This document shows positions 50,715 to 62,900 of a DNA stretch of 64,000 nucleotides, piece by piece. Source of the DNA: Psammoneis japonica (lineage: Eukaryota); assembly GCA_008632985.1 (NCBI GenBank), contig QPGO01000110.1:124001-188000 (forward strand), in the 5' to 3' direction. Below the pieces are notes generated by a model. The model searched no databases. It was given only the letters and a program-made list of their open reading frames with translations, and was not told the DNA's origin. A program made the translations under genes and the position numbers. Position 1 is the stretch's first letter, and each line of letters starts with the position of its first letter.

Positions 50715-51634
50715 GGTGGACAAAAGTGATGTCAGGACAAGCAATTCTTGTTGGGAAGTGAAGGTGGACTTGAAGCTTGGGTGAGAATGGACTTGACTTG
50801 AAATGGACTTGACTTGAAATCTTGAACTGCCTTAAAATCAGAAGTCGCTGGGCTTTGCCATCCCGTTCGTTGTCAAGTGCTAAACTTCCCATCCGGTCCG
50901 CAGAGTTGTGCCGGCACGTCCGAACCCGCAGCCAGTGGCGCTTTGGGTTGCTTGCGAGCGGAGCAGCGGGTTGCAAGCCCCTGCAGGCAAGCTGGCTAGA
51001 GGTGGACAAGACCCCCGAACCGTTCTCATTTTATGTCGGTTGGATTTCCCGATCAGGCTGGCCAGTTGACGCAGGCATTGGGCGCTGTGGACGAACGAAC
51101 AAACGCGGGAAAGCACCCTCGCCCCAACGTAGGCTGTGATCACGGCTGCTTGCTCTCACAGTCGTCCTCGTGGACCTGGCAGAACTGCAGAGCACCAGCA
51201 GTCCGGGGCAGATCAGGTGCAATGGACTCGGTGTGCTCGCAGTCCGAAGAGTGGTCACAGGTTCTTGGCCGTGAAGACATGTGTGTGTGCACATGTCTTC
51301 AGCGATGAAGATCCTTGAATGTGCAGGGTTCTTGACCGTCAACCGATGAATGGGTGTGTCAAGGGATGAGGGTCAAGGACAGACTTGGATGTGGCCGTTG
51401 AATGTGTGTCTTCAGCGATCAAAGGCAGCACAATCAATCCAGATGTCCAGCAGCAAGGAGACTTGATGGTGACGTTAACTTCCTGCTGATGCCCTGGCAT
51501 TGAATGCGCGCAGACTTGCCGATGCATGTAGAATGCATGCGGAGGTCCACGCAGAATTGAAATGGTGTTGTTGGTAAATCAACGACGACGATGGCGGTTG
51601 CTCAATGGGTTGACAATGAGCAAGACTGTCAATC

Positions 51635-51911
51635 TGACAGAAATTGAAGGCAAATGGCAAGAATTCAAACAATGGCTCCTTGCTGCTGTCTAAATGGCAG
51701 ATGAGTCTCCGCTCAGAGACCGTCACAGGAGCCAAAAGACGTGCAAGTCGGTGCAATCGGGCTGCTGTCATCACTCTTGTGAGCCTTGTGGCTCGAAAGC
51801 AAACTGCATCGCGTGCGAACGCGCGGAACCAAAGCACACAAAACTGTGCGCGGCAAACTAAACAGCAGCGCGACATTTCGCGCGCACCCAAATCCTGTTC
51901 AAATCCTGTCA
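51635..51911 (-). repeat. 5' LTR
   Basis: Direct repeat of 44847-45109. Confidence 0.95.
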
Positions 51912-51916
51912 GGTGA

Positions 51917-52736
51917 GATGATTGGCCACAATGGCAAAAGAAGCACCTCTTCCAAAATCACTCTGCACCTTCAAAGACTCAACAACATTCTAAAGTTGTT
52001 GGTGCTGTGTCTTCTCAAATGAGATTCAGAGCTTTTTTGAGCTTTGGTCTTTGGTTCATTGTTCTCCTCAAAAATGTTGAACATTTCTTGGAGCTTGTTG
52101 ATGAATGACTCAAAAGGCATGGGACACTCACTTTTGTGGTGGAGCATGTTCACCAAGCATTCAGCCTCAGAAATGCAATGGGAAGAGTTGCCTTCTCCCT
52201 GACAGTGATCACAAAGGGCTTGACAGTCCACACAACCATTCTGCTCACTCTTGTGATCCTTCAGCCATTGTTCACTCAGCACCCCCATGGCAAGAAATTT
52301 GATCAACAAATGAGTGAGACCCGTGCTCCATCTGATCCAACCTTTCAGGAGAAGCCTCTTTGTGGAGAGATTCTGCCATGTCCTTTTGCTGATGATGAGT
52401 TTTGGTGTGACTGAATGCTCTCTGCAACTGAGCATGGAAAGTTGCTTGCTCCAAACCCCCAACAGCAGGGACTTTGCTCACACGGTGGAAATCCTCAATC
52501 CAGTGGATGAGAGACTTGAGACAACCAATGCAGACTAACTCAAAATGGACGCACCCTTCAGCGACAGTCCTCCTCATGTGGGAAGGTGTGAGCAAGTCAA
52601 CAATGTTGCTTTCCCCAATGTCTTCAAAATCCTCAAATGATGCAAAGTCCACCGCAAGCAAAGCCCCATGAGCTTGATTGGCAAATCCAATCCAGTTGAG
52701 TGCTGCCTCAATTGGATCTGGAGGAACAGCCACCAT
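51917..52736 (-). mobile_element. 5' part of an older, heavily mutated copia-like gag relic
   Basis: LNWIGF...LKSLIHWIEDFHRV; QALCDHCQGEGN...LHHKSECPMPFESFINKLQEMFNIF, resembling gag AL..HY.GEGN...LHYK.ER..PF..F. Confidence 0.7.
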
Positions 52737-54068
52737 GATGACACCTGCACCAGTGGATGAGCAACATTGCATGAGAAAGAACATGTCACAAGTTGACATC
52801 CTCACATCATCATGCTCATGACAACAACACACAAAAGAAGCCATTTGAAGCACAAAGACTGGCCATGTCTCTCCATTGCTTGTGCATGCACTGATGCCAG
52901 GTGATGACAAACACTGCACACCCTTTGGTTGGCCCACACTCATCATCACAATCATGTCACAAAATGATGTGACCACATCAACAAATCATTGTTCATCATG
53001 TTTTGGTGCACTGAACTGAAGTTCTTGCATCAGAGTGCACGACATCGTAATGTCTGCATGCATGACAAAATTGTGTTGCCATGTCATAAAATTTGCTCAT
53101 CTGCACACAACGGTTTTTGTCATTTGGTTGGTTGTCAATCTCCTGCTGTTCTTCATGTTTGAACACAGGTGCTTTTTAATTTTTGTGCTCTGCCTTTTTC
53201 ACAACAACTGACGATCTTTAACGACAAGCCAAACATTGCAATCACATGCAACAAAATTTTCATCATGCAAAGTGTGCGCTGATTGTTCAATCAACAACTG
53301 TGCTCCAACCAGCCCATTCGTCCGCATCATCCTCTTCATTCCATGTGTCTTGTGCGCTCTCTTGCAAGAATTTCAAATGTGCCGCTGCCGTGTTGGATGT
53401 TTCCTCATCGCCGTTCCAAAAAAGCCACACTGCATTTCTTGCATTTGGGTGAACATCATCAAGAGGAAGAGGTCCCTCGAAATGCAGAATCGCACCACTG
53501 CTCCCCTCTTGACATCATGTCATCTGCTTCTTTTTCTCTTTCTTCATTTTGCCCGTCCCATTTTTCTCTCCCTTCTTCCTCTTGGCGCCACCTGTTTTCA
53601 CCGTCTCTGGCATCTTTCCATCCATGTCCTTCTTTTTCATCGATCCCGTCACCGTTGCCTTCATCGTGTGTCACTTTGTTTTGGATCCATGTTTCTGACT
53701 TCTCTCTGTGCTGTCTCCATTTCCAAATGTTTCTGTGTGATTGTTTGCATGCGTCACTTGAAGGCACCCACATGTTCTTCACGCACCTTAACGCGCATGT
53801 AGAAATCCATGTTGTTTTCCAGTGCACACACCCTTTCTCCTGATGCATGTTTGCACAATGTTTTCTTCCATCAACTCTGCACTCCGCATTGCCCTTTCCC
53901 GGCACAATCTCATGCAGGATTTCCCTGGGAGAAGTTGCGTGCGCGTCTGGTGGGTTTTTGTGTTTAAAACTCCAAATCCCACCAGGCGCGCATGCAACTT
54001 CTCCCACGCACCACTCTGGCACATTTCTGTGGAAACCAGAATTTTGTGACTGACGCACGACCAATCTG

Positions 54069-55088
54069 GTGAATGCAATGGCGGACCCACGACCACAACA
54101 ATCAGAGCATCAGAAGAAAACCATGTCAGATGAACTCCTTCCATCCGCTGATGAGGATTTCCATCGCCATGTGATGGAGACAGTTGATGGTTTTGTTCAC
54201 ACTGATGCTGCTCGTTGTTCGGAGGAACAGATGGCAAAGGATGCAAAGGCTGCTGTGTCAAGATCGGCAGAAGCAATGGCAGAAGCCTGTCGTGCCATTG
54301 TGGCTGCAACGACCGCACTTGAGATTGCTTTGTTAAATCAAGCAACAACCACTCATGAATTTAAGCACATCTGTGTGCAGTGCATTGAGTCATCGATTGA
54401 GACACACTGTTCAGACAACAACTGTGTTGTTGCAGTGGAAAATCACAGCAAAGCGGAAATGAATTTCCAACGCTTTCTTCACGGCAATGCATTTGACGCA
54501 AAAGAACTGGGGCTCCCAATCTCCGTTGCGGGACATCAAAAATCAGAACCAAGGCTGCACATGCTGCACAGCCATGACTCGACGTTGCTTCTGAGAAGCC
54601 TCAGGGCAAATTCTGACACAGCCGCCACAAGAGCAGAGAGGGAGCAATCTGCGATTGACAGCATCAACAAATCCATCCACCGCCGCACCGTGCCACTCCT
54701 TCGAAGGCGACATCTAACACAGCCGCTGCGCGTCCTGAAGGATGCAATCACGTTGCTCCACGAGGCCCTCAACGATTTGAGAAGGAAAGACATTGCCTTG
54801 CAGCGACTGTGGCAAGCTTTGCACGATCTGAGGCCAGGCACAGATCAAATGTGCAGAGGGATGTGGACCGCGATCCGGGCCATGGACGAAGAAGCCATGG
54901 CAAGAGAAAGGGTCCTGCAGTTGGCATTGCAAATCGAGGCACAATTGGTGGCTGTCAACCAGCCTGACCACAGCGCCGACTTTCAGCAGGTGATTGTGGC
55001 TGCCAGGGAACATTTCATGGTGCAGGATGACCAAATGGACCATGCAAGTGGACACTGCATGGAATCTGTGAGGAAGCAATTGCTCTAA
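54069..55088 (+). other. 339-aa Tyr-free ORF, probable transposon accessory gene relic
   Basis: Long helical-looking ORF convergent with the Plavaka-type transposase; no recognised domain. Confidence 0.35.
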
Positions 55089-55131
55089 ATGTGCACACAC
55101 TGTGAGTGAATGACAGATTGATGAGCGTGTC

Positions 55132-58100
55132 CTATTTTAGAAACAAATCTGACCAACACTTCCTTCTGTCCTGTGTGGCCCAAACAAGTGGGGCCTTTTC
55201 TTGCACTTCTGCTGCTCCTGGACATTCTTCACAAACCAAAACATTGTCCCCAATTGCTTTGACAGGGACAACACGCAACTCAGGTGAGTGCTGAGTCTTC
55301 TCAGGCGTTGAAAGCCAGTTGTTTCGTTTGTGATCAAGCTGCCAGCGACCAACCAAGTCTGCATGCTGGTGCCGTTGCCTCACAGTTCTCTGGTCAGCTT
55401 GACAAGCAGTTGGATGGACAACTGCAAAAATCGATCCTGTGTCTTCCTGTTTGAAGAAACATGGCAAACGGGAGGGAAACTGTTGATTGCCCTTTCGTGT
55501 GCCAAAGGTCACACAGGCAAAGTCATGCCATGGTCCTTCGCTTTTTGCAATCGGGGTGCGCACGGCACGCATCCCTCCCGTTTGCATTGTAAAACTCTGT
55601 CTCACAAGTCAGGTGTGTGTTTTCACTGTCTTCACCAACACAATCCTCCCACTTTTCCGACATGAAGTTCAGCAACACAGGATGAACTTGGCAACGAGCA
55701 TGCTCGCTGTTCCACTCAAACGTCACAGCGCTGATCCCTGGTTGCAGGTGAGAGCGAATGCACTTCCTCCCAGCATGTGATTGTCCATCCTGACTCTTGA
55801 TGATTCCTTTTTCCCAGTTGGCAAAATCCAACCATCAGCTGAAATTGCGGCGTTGAGCCTCATTTGGTCCTCCATGCGCGACACGACCTGCTTCAGAAAA
55901 CTGTCGAGGTTGCATTGTTGTGCGGCAGATGATGGCAGCTTGAAAAAGTCTTTCAAGAGACGTTCCCCCAAGCCTGCGTCAAAGTTCATTGCATGTCGGC
56001 AACAACAAAGAAAAACTGGGAGATGGAGTGTTTCATGAAGCTTTTGAAGCTTCCGCCCGCATCCTTCTGTTCGCGGGACGAGTTGCACTGTCCGGTCAAT
56101 GAGGAGACGGATTTTCTTGTTCATTTTCTGAACAGATGAACTGGGAGTTGCGCTTGCGATGGGTGGATCGCCTGGCCTGCACCATGCGTGGAAGACAAGA
56201 AGGTCCTCAAGCAATTGAATGAATTGCCGGACGCTGCAGTTGAGTCTTTTTCCCTTGCATTTTTCTTTTTTTGGTTGTCGTCACCATCCTCAGCCTCACT
56301 CTCCTCTTTCTCATCCTCATTTTCGTCCCAGTCACCCTCTTTGGACTCCTCCGACCTTTCATCGTCAGAGTCCAAGTGCTCACTGGGTTGGCAGCAACTC
56401 TCAAAGTTTGCTTTGGGTGTCTTGCGATTCTCTGGAAGAATGGGTTCATCTGTGTCCTCGTCAAGGAAGCATGACTCACATGCGTTTCGTCCCTCGCTGG
56501 TTGACAGGAGAAGGTAGAAAACAAAAGCCATTCCAGCCCAGTGGTGAGAGTTGAGGAAGGCAAGTGACGTTGCTCCTCCTTTGAAGTTTGTTCGCAAAAA
56601 GGATGCTTTGCAAGTTGACCAGTGATTGCTGAAAATCCTTTCCACTGTGCTGTCCACCTCACTTGCGACCACAGGTGTCATGCTGTCTACAAAAGAATTG
56701 ATTGCCCTTTTCAAGGTTCCGGTTTTCAAAGAGATGCATCATGTCACTTGCTGTCACAAGGGTGACGCCGTGTGGTTGTGCGCCAAAGTCTGCCTCAAAA
56801 AGACAGTTGGCAGGTGCGTTGTGTTGCTTGAGGCAATGCAAGATGCCCAGCCAGTGCTTCCTTTCTTGGTCTGATCTGTTGTCGTCGTTGGCCTTAGTTT
56901 GCACTTGGTGGAGATCCAGTCCTCGGATGAACTTGCATTCAATCCATGGGTCGTCCAGTTTGTTGAAGCCAGTGAGGCAAAAATGACAGCAACGTTGACG
57001 ACAGTTGTGACCTCCGCATCGTCCGACGAGACAGTCACCGCTTTTTGCGTCTCCTATGATCAGAACGATCAGTGGGATTGCGTGGAGGTGTCGTGTCTCA
57101 TCCCCTTGTTGCACGCATGTTTTCATGCCTCCTTTTCTCATGACTTCCAAAAGTGGCTCCAAAATGACACGCAAGCAAGTGTGGTGGTCTCTCAACGAGC
57201 GTCCCTTCTCTGCCTTGCAATTGTTTGAGAGATTCTTTGCCGCAGATGACGACATCTTTTTCAAATCCGGGAGACAACCAATTGGTTTCCAGACACTCTT
57301 GTCCGACCATTTGTTGAAGGCAACATGCGCAGAGGTCATGATCACTGGTTCCATGCAATGTGATCCCATCCCTTGTGTCCTGCCAGTCTTGTCGAGGTAA
57401 ATGACATTGCACTCAAGAAATTGTTTCTCCGGGTCAGTTGTCCATTCTTCGCAACTGCGCCTGTGCCACTCACCCGCCAAAAGGCACTTGTCATCTGCTC
57501 CCTTTGCTTTGTGCTTCCCAAAAGGATTGTCTGGATTGGCCACATTCTCTCTGCTGCACCACAGGTGAGGATCGAGCAAAAACTTTTCCCAAACCTTTGT
57601 GAAATCCCACTTTGGCACTGACACTCGTTTTGGCAAACCAGTTTTGAAATTTTTGGTTTCTAGAGTGACAGGAATGGACTCACTGGGTGGAAGAGGGAAA
57701 TGCTTGGTTGAGGTGCTCATCAACTCTTTTCTCCTTGGCAGAACTGTGCCAAGCTCAATGTTGCTGTTGCCAGTGTGCCTCTCAATGAAATCAACAATGC
57801 AATCGCACAATTCCAGGGGAGCACCATGTGTGTCCATGAGCTTCTTGCACAACTCTGCGCAAGCTCCGTCAAGATTTGTCAAAGAGGGAGCAGAAGCCAA
57901 GGCCTCTTCTGCAGGAGTGTGACACCTGATCCCCAAACGTTGATCCTCATCGTAAACGTCCTCTTCCTCCTCCATTGTCACGTCCAACACTGCAGCAAAG
58001 GATTGACCACCGCCAACATCCAAATCGTTCATTGCCAAAAGTTCAACTCCTTGCATGCTGTGGTTTGATGAAACAGAGGACATGTCGCCCATTCCGTGCG

Positions 58101-58404
58101 GTGCATCATCCGGGGAGGGGAACAAGGGGCTGCTGCTTGGATCACTCGTTGAAGATCTTGGGAATCTGCTGCGAGTTGATCGCCTCGGATGGGATTCGTC
58201 ATCATCAGAGGATGAAGAGGAAGAACTGCCGATTTCTTTGGGCGGCCCCTCTGTTGTGGCAGGAATGTCACTTTGATCTGGGATTGGATCTTGGGCCTGC
58301 AACTCTTGGGCAACTGAGTGACACGTCGGCGAGCATCTCCAATGGCAGGCCACTCGCAAAAAACTTTGGCCACAACCGGGACAGAGAAGAGGGTTTCCGT
58401 CCAT
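55132..58404 (-). mobile_element. Degenerate Plavaka-type (CMC/EnSpm-related) transposase
   Basis: VIYLDKTG, WKPIGCLPDL, DHHTCLRVILEPL, IIGDAKSGD...CHFC, SDMMHLFE, KLQKLHETLH...NFDAGLGERLLK. Several frameshifts; termini not found. Confidence 0.72.
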
Positions 58405-58899
58405 TGTAAATCAGACAATGTTGACAGGGCCTTCATCAAGACTCATGCTCGTCGTCCTTGTCTTGTGGATGAGAAGGGAAAAAAATGACAACACGCAAAA
58501 AATGGCGGGAAATTGGCAAACATTGCATTGTCTTCCAGATTGGGATGATTCTTGCAGGCATGACACACCTGCATTTTGATTTTTTATCTGGCATCCAAAA
58601 TGAACATTGTGCTTTTTATTCACTGTCAAAATGCAGGACATCATCTCCGTTGAAACGCGATGACAGCCATGTCAAAAAGCAAGTTGGGCCATTCGTTGTC
58701 ATGTGCAAATGTGTTTTCAAATTTCAATGTTGCTGACAACAATCTGTGCAATGTTGGAGAGAAAAACAGAGTGCCTGGCTGTCTCAACACGACCCAAACA
58801 ATGGTTGCACTGTCAAACAGTGCCACTCCTCTCATTGTTGCCGCGAAAAGATCAAGATGTCGTCTCCAGCACAACCGGCAAAGAAGAGAAAGAAAAATG

Positions 58900-59930
58900 A
58901 GACTGTCAAGCCAATGAGCCCGAGACTTCAGGCAGTGTTGAAGAGAACAGGTGCGCAGGCAGCGCATGGTGCATTGAAATCAGAAGTGGAGAAGGTGGCT
59001 GGAAATGATCTCTTTCCACAGGTGAAGTTTCTCAGTCCATCAGAATTGGCAAGCAATGGGAGCATCTCGATGTTTGTCAAGAAACAGATTGCCAGTGGCA
59101 ACATGGACACTTCAAATTGGTCAGGAACTTGGGAGGAATGGGCAAAAAAGGCGGTAAAAAGGCAAATTGACAATCGCAGAAACACGGGTGTTTGGCCATT
59201 GGGGCGGAGGCAATGGCCCGCAAGTTGAGTGACCAATGTGTGTGACTCGAGAGTTGCGCGCATCTCACAAGAAGATGACGGCAATGCTTTGTCCACACAG
59301 GCGTTGTCACTGAGGAAGAGGGAAAGGAAAAAGAAAAGAAACTCAAGGCGGCAGACAGGAGGAAAAAGAGGAAAAAGTCAAGCCATGACAAGAGTGAAGA
59401 GAATGACATCACGTTTGTGCCGACATGGGATCCGTTTGGCCTGGACACTGTCGCCTGCAGCAAACGAAGAAACAAGCAGGCACGCAAGTGGCTCTGTGAT
59501 CACATCCTGCCTCAAACCAAGCAAAAGCAGGCATGGAGCAGCATCGTCAAAACTGGGAACGCACAGGTCTCACAGTTGTTTACGGTGGTGACGAAGCTTT
59601 GGCGCCATCAGCCATGGAGAATTGTTGGCAGGTGTGGGCATGCAGGAACAAGGAGGAGGCGGTGGAAGAATTGGGTGAGGAAATGGAGCCTGAAGAAACA
59701 AGGCCTGCCCCTCGGTGCACGAAGCCAAAGAAACAACGAGTGTCTTGGGGAGATGACGGAATCAATCGGTTCAACGATTTGTGCAAAGAGGTGACGAAAG
59801 ACAGAGACTCCAAGGAGGGCAAGGAGTTTGAAAAGTGGCATGCGGAGATCAAGAAAAGTGAGCTGAGAAGTCCGGAGAAGCAAAAAAGAAGAAAAAGAAA
59901 GCACCGGCTGGTGATGCAGATGAGGTGAAG
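58900..59930 (+). mobile_element. Probable accessory ORF relic of the same DNA transposon, divergent from the transposase
   Basis: LFPQVKFL..., DEALA...ENCWQVW, SWGDDGINRFNDLCKEVTKDR, resembling ORFs commonly found beside diatom DNA transposases. Frameshifted. Confidence 0.5.
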
Positions 59931-59999
59931 GCAATGAACAGCCTGATGGTGGAGAGCAGCAGGGACAACAACAGTGACGACGATGAGCAGGAGGAAGGC

Positions 60000-62900
60000 G
60001 CAAAAGGCAAAACGGATGACGGAGGAGATGAGTCCGATGGAGATGAGTCCAATGATGATCGTTGGCTTGGTTTGAGAGAGTTGCAGCAAGAAAATGTGTG
60101 CACAGTTGACACAGCACTCAGTCATTGCACTGCAGATGCAACAAGGGATTGACTTGGCCAATGAAATGCTTTTCTCATTTAAAACAATGTTTGCAAAAAT
60201 TGACAAACCAAGGATTGTGTGGAAATGCAATTGCACATTGGCACATGGCAACAAGGTGGAGGCAGATGTGGCAATGTGGACACAGTGAAAAACAGCATGC
60301 ACAATTCTCAACAAGTTGTTGCAATGTTGGTGTGGCAAACTTGCAACCAGAGGTTGGCCTTTCATTGTGTGACAATGATGTTTTGCAACATTTTGACAAA
60401 TTGTCATCATGCAAATCTACACATTTTTAACATTTCGTGCACTCTGATGTGCTCAGCTCTGACAAAGCAAGTGAGTCTGGCCACTGGACAACAAGGCTCA
60501 GCCACTCACAGTCTTGGCAGGACAGCAACACAAAACAATCAACAAGATGCTTCCAGAGGCCTGTTGCAACTGAAAGAGCAACGAGTGGCCTTTTTTGGGT
60601 CATCTCCATTGTTGTCCAGGCAGTGCTTGACCCATCGGTCAAGATTTTCCTCAAATGTCAGTCTCTTTCTTGTGCTGAAAACAAATCCAATGTCAGTCAG
60701 CTTGTTCACATCAAGTTTTGATGGTTTGCCACATTGCAACCTGGTGCACTCCTTGGGTTGCATCTCAACCCAAGAGCACAAAGGGTGCTTGTCAGGTGCC
60801 TTGGTGTGATTGTTCTCTTCCTTGTGCTTTTAATTTCTTGAAAATGCTTGTCCCGCCTTGCATCAGCATTCTTTTTCTTGGCCCAAATCCATTCCTCAGT
60901 GTCATTGCAAACTGCAGCATTGGACTTTCATTTTCTCCCCCACTTGGGTGCCAACTCCAGTCCCAGATCAGCAAGCCGCTGCATGAGTTCTTGTGACATT
61001 GTCAGGTTGGGCATGTTGTGGTGGCTTTTTGAGCCATGGAGCATGGTTTGCCAACCCAAGCACCCAAACCCTTGAGCTCTTCCTCTTCCTTGAGGTTCTT
61101 GTGAATGTCGTCAAAGCAATTTGAAGTTTCTTCCCATTTGAGTTCTTTCTTTGTCAACTGAACCTCAAACACAAAGCTTGTTTCTCTTGGCAACTTCATC
61201 TTGTCTTCATTCATTGTGCTCTCACGCCCCTGCAGGCACTTGAGAATGTCAATGAGTCTTGTGTGCTCCACATGCTGCTGTTCCACCCAATTGCAAAAAA
61301 CATCAAGTGAGTGGGTGTGTTGAAATGGTCATTGACTTGCTTCAACTTGGCAAGCTCAAAGCACTTCTTCTTCCAGTCTTGCTCAATCATTCAAGAAATC
61401 ATCTGCAGTTCTGCCTTTGTGGTGGAAACATGCTCTTCTTGGCAGCAGCTTCCATTCCAGTTTTTGCTTCCTCCTTTGTCTTTGCTGCTGCTTCAGCAAC
61501 AACATGGGCCATGACAGCTTCCATGGCAATTGTGTTGGGTGTCTTTTCAGTTGACACTGCTGCAGCCATTGATGCACATGCCGGTTCAGCAGTGAGATTC
61601 GATGTTGCAGCTGTTGCTGCTGCTGTCATTTCAACTTCTTCTTCTTCTTCTTCTGTTCCAGCAGCAGAGCTGCTGGGCACAGACGTCATTGATGACATGA
61701 CCACTGAAGGGCAGGAGAGCTGGCCCTGCAGCAGTGGCAAGAGATGGTTTCAGCAAGATTGCAGGCAGAGCATCATTTTCCATTTTGTGTTGGTGCTGGT
61801 GCGTGTTGCGTTGGGTTCGTGAAAAGCATGCGGAAGTGCATGGCCAAACACGCAGTGCAAAAATGTTTGAGATGAGCCTCAGGTGTGAAGAACCAGTGTG
61901 TGAAATCTTTTGTTCTGTCATTGGATGGCATGAGTCTGAGCTTGCCAGACCAAACAAAACAAGACAATTGGAAAGGCACAAAATGAGACTCCTGATCTTT
62001 CTGCTGCCTTCCGCTCTTTGGCACTTTGAAGCAATTTCTGGTTCTTCCACTCAGCAGCACTTTTATCCTCCAGAGCATCTGGCAAATCAGCTTCTGTGTA
62101 AAATGCCTGGCGGTGTTGAGCAACCTTCAAACATTTTGGTTTGACTGGGCTTGGCAGCAGCGCATTGTCACAGACTGGCTGTTCAAGGTCTTCTCCCCCA
62201 AATGACTCCCTTTCTTCTTCATGCCCACTCACATTGATGGCTGTTGCAACAAAAAGAAGAGCTTCAACGCCAAGGATGGGCAGGGAAAGCTTCAGCATGA
62301 GGCAGGAGCAGCAGTCAACAATGCCATGGAGCATTTCTCTAAAACTGATTTGTTGGTGCAATTTCAGCATGCACTGTGCAGACGTGTGCGCAGATGCTGC
62401 CACTGCATGGGAATGAAAAGCATCAGAGCTGAAATCAAAAATTGTTTGATGGACAGACCAACAAAACTGCATGATCGTGTGCATTCATGGCACCAAAAAG
62501 CCATGTGTTAAAACTGCTCAGTTCTGGACAAACACATGCAATGCCATTGTGCCAACTTTCGTCTCCTCACTGATTCTTGCACGGTGAGAACCTTGGGCAT
62601 TTTCAACATGCTGTGCAACCTCTCAACTCCAAAGCGAGGAATGTGCAAACAGGCCCACAACAAATTGTCAGCTTTTTTGCATGTCAGAAGCTGTGGGCTC
62701 TGTGGGTGCAACTCTGCCTTTCTTGGAGGTTTGGGCTCTTTTGCAGGGTCCAGTCTGCACCTGCCTCTCCTCAACACCCTGACTTTGAAGCTGTTTGATT
62801 TGTCTTTTGAGGAAAAAAGAAACCCAAGGCTGCGCCTTTTACAGAGCCGGCGTGCTCATTGACTGTGTTTCTTTCCTTGAGTTTTGTTGTTTTCATGTGA

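Larger units (their letters stand above)
44847..51911 (-). mobile_element. Full-length Ty1/copia LTR retrotransposon (CoDi-like), about 7.07 kb
   Basis: LTRs 44847-45109 and 51635-51911, both TGACAG...CTGTCA; 5-bp TSD GGTGA at 44842-44846 and 51912-51916; polypurine tract GGGGAG next to the 3' LTR; gag-PR-IN-RT-RH order. Confidence 0.97.

Noticed and set aside
51600..51634. Primer-binding site after the 5' LTR
   Set aside because: No clear TGG-starting tRNA complement could be identified by eye.
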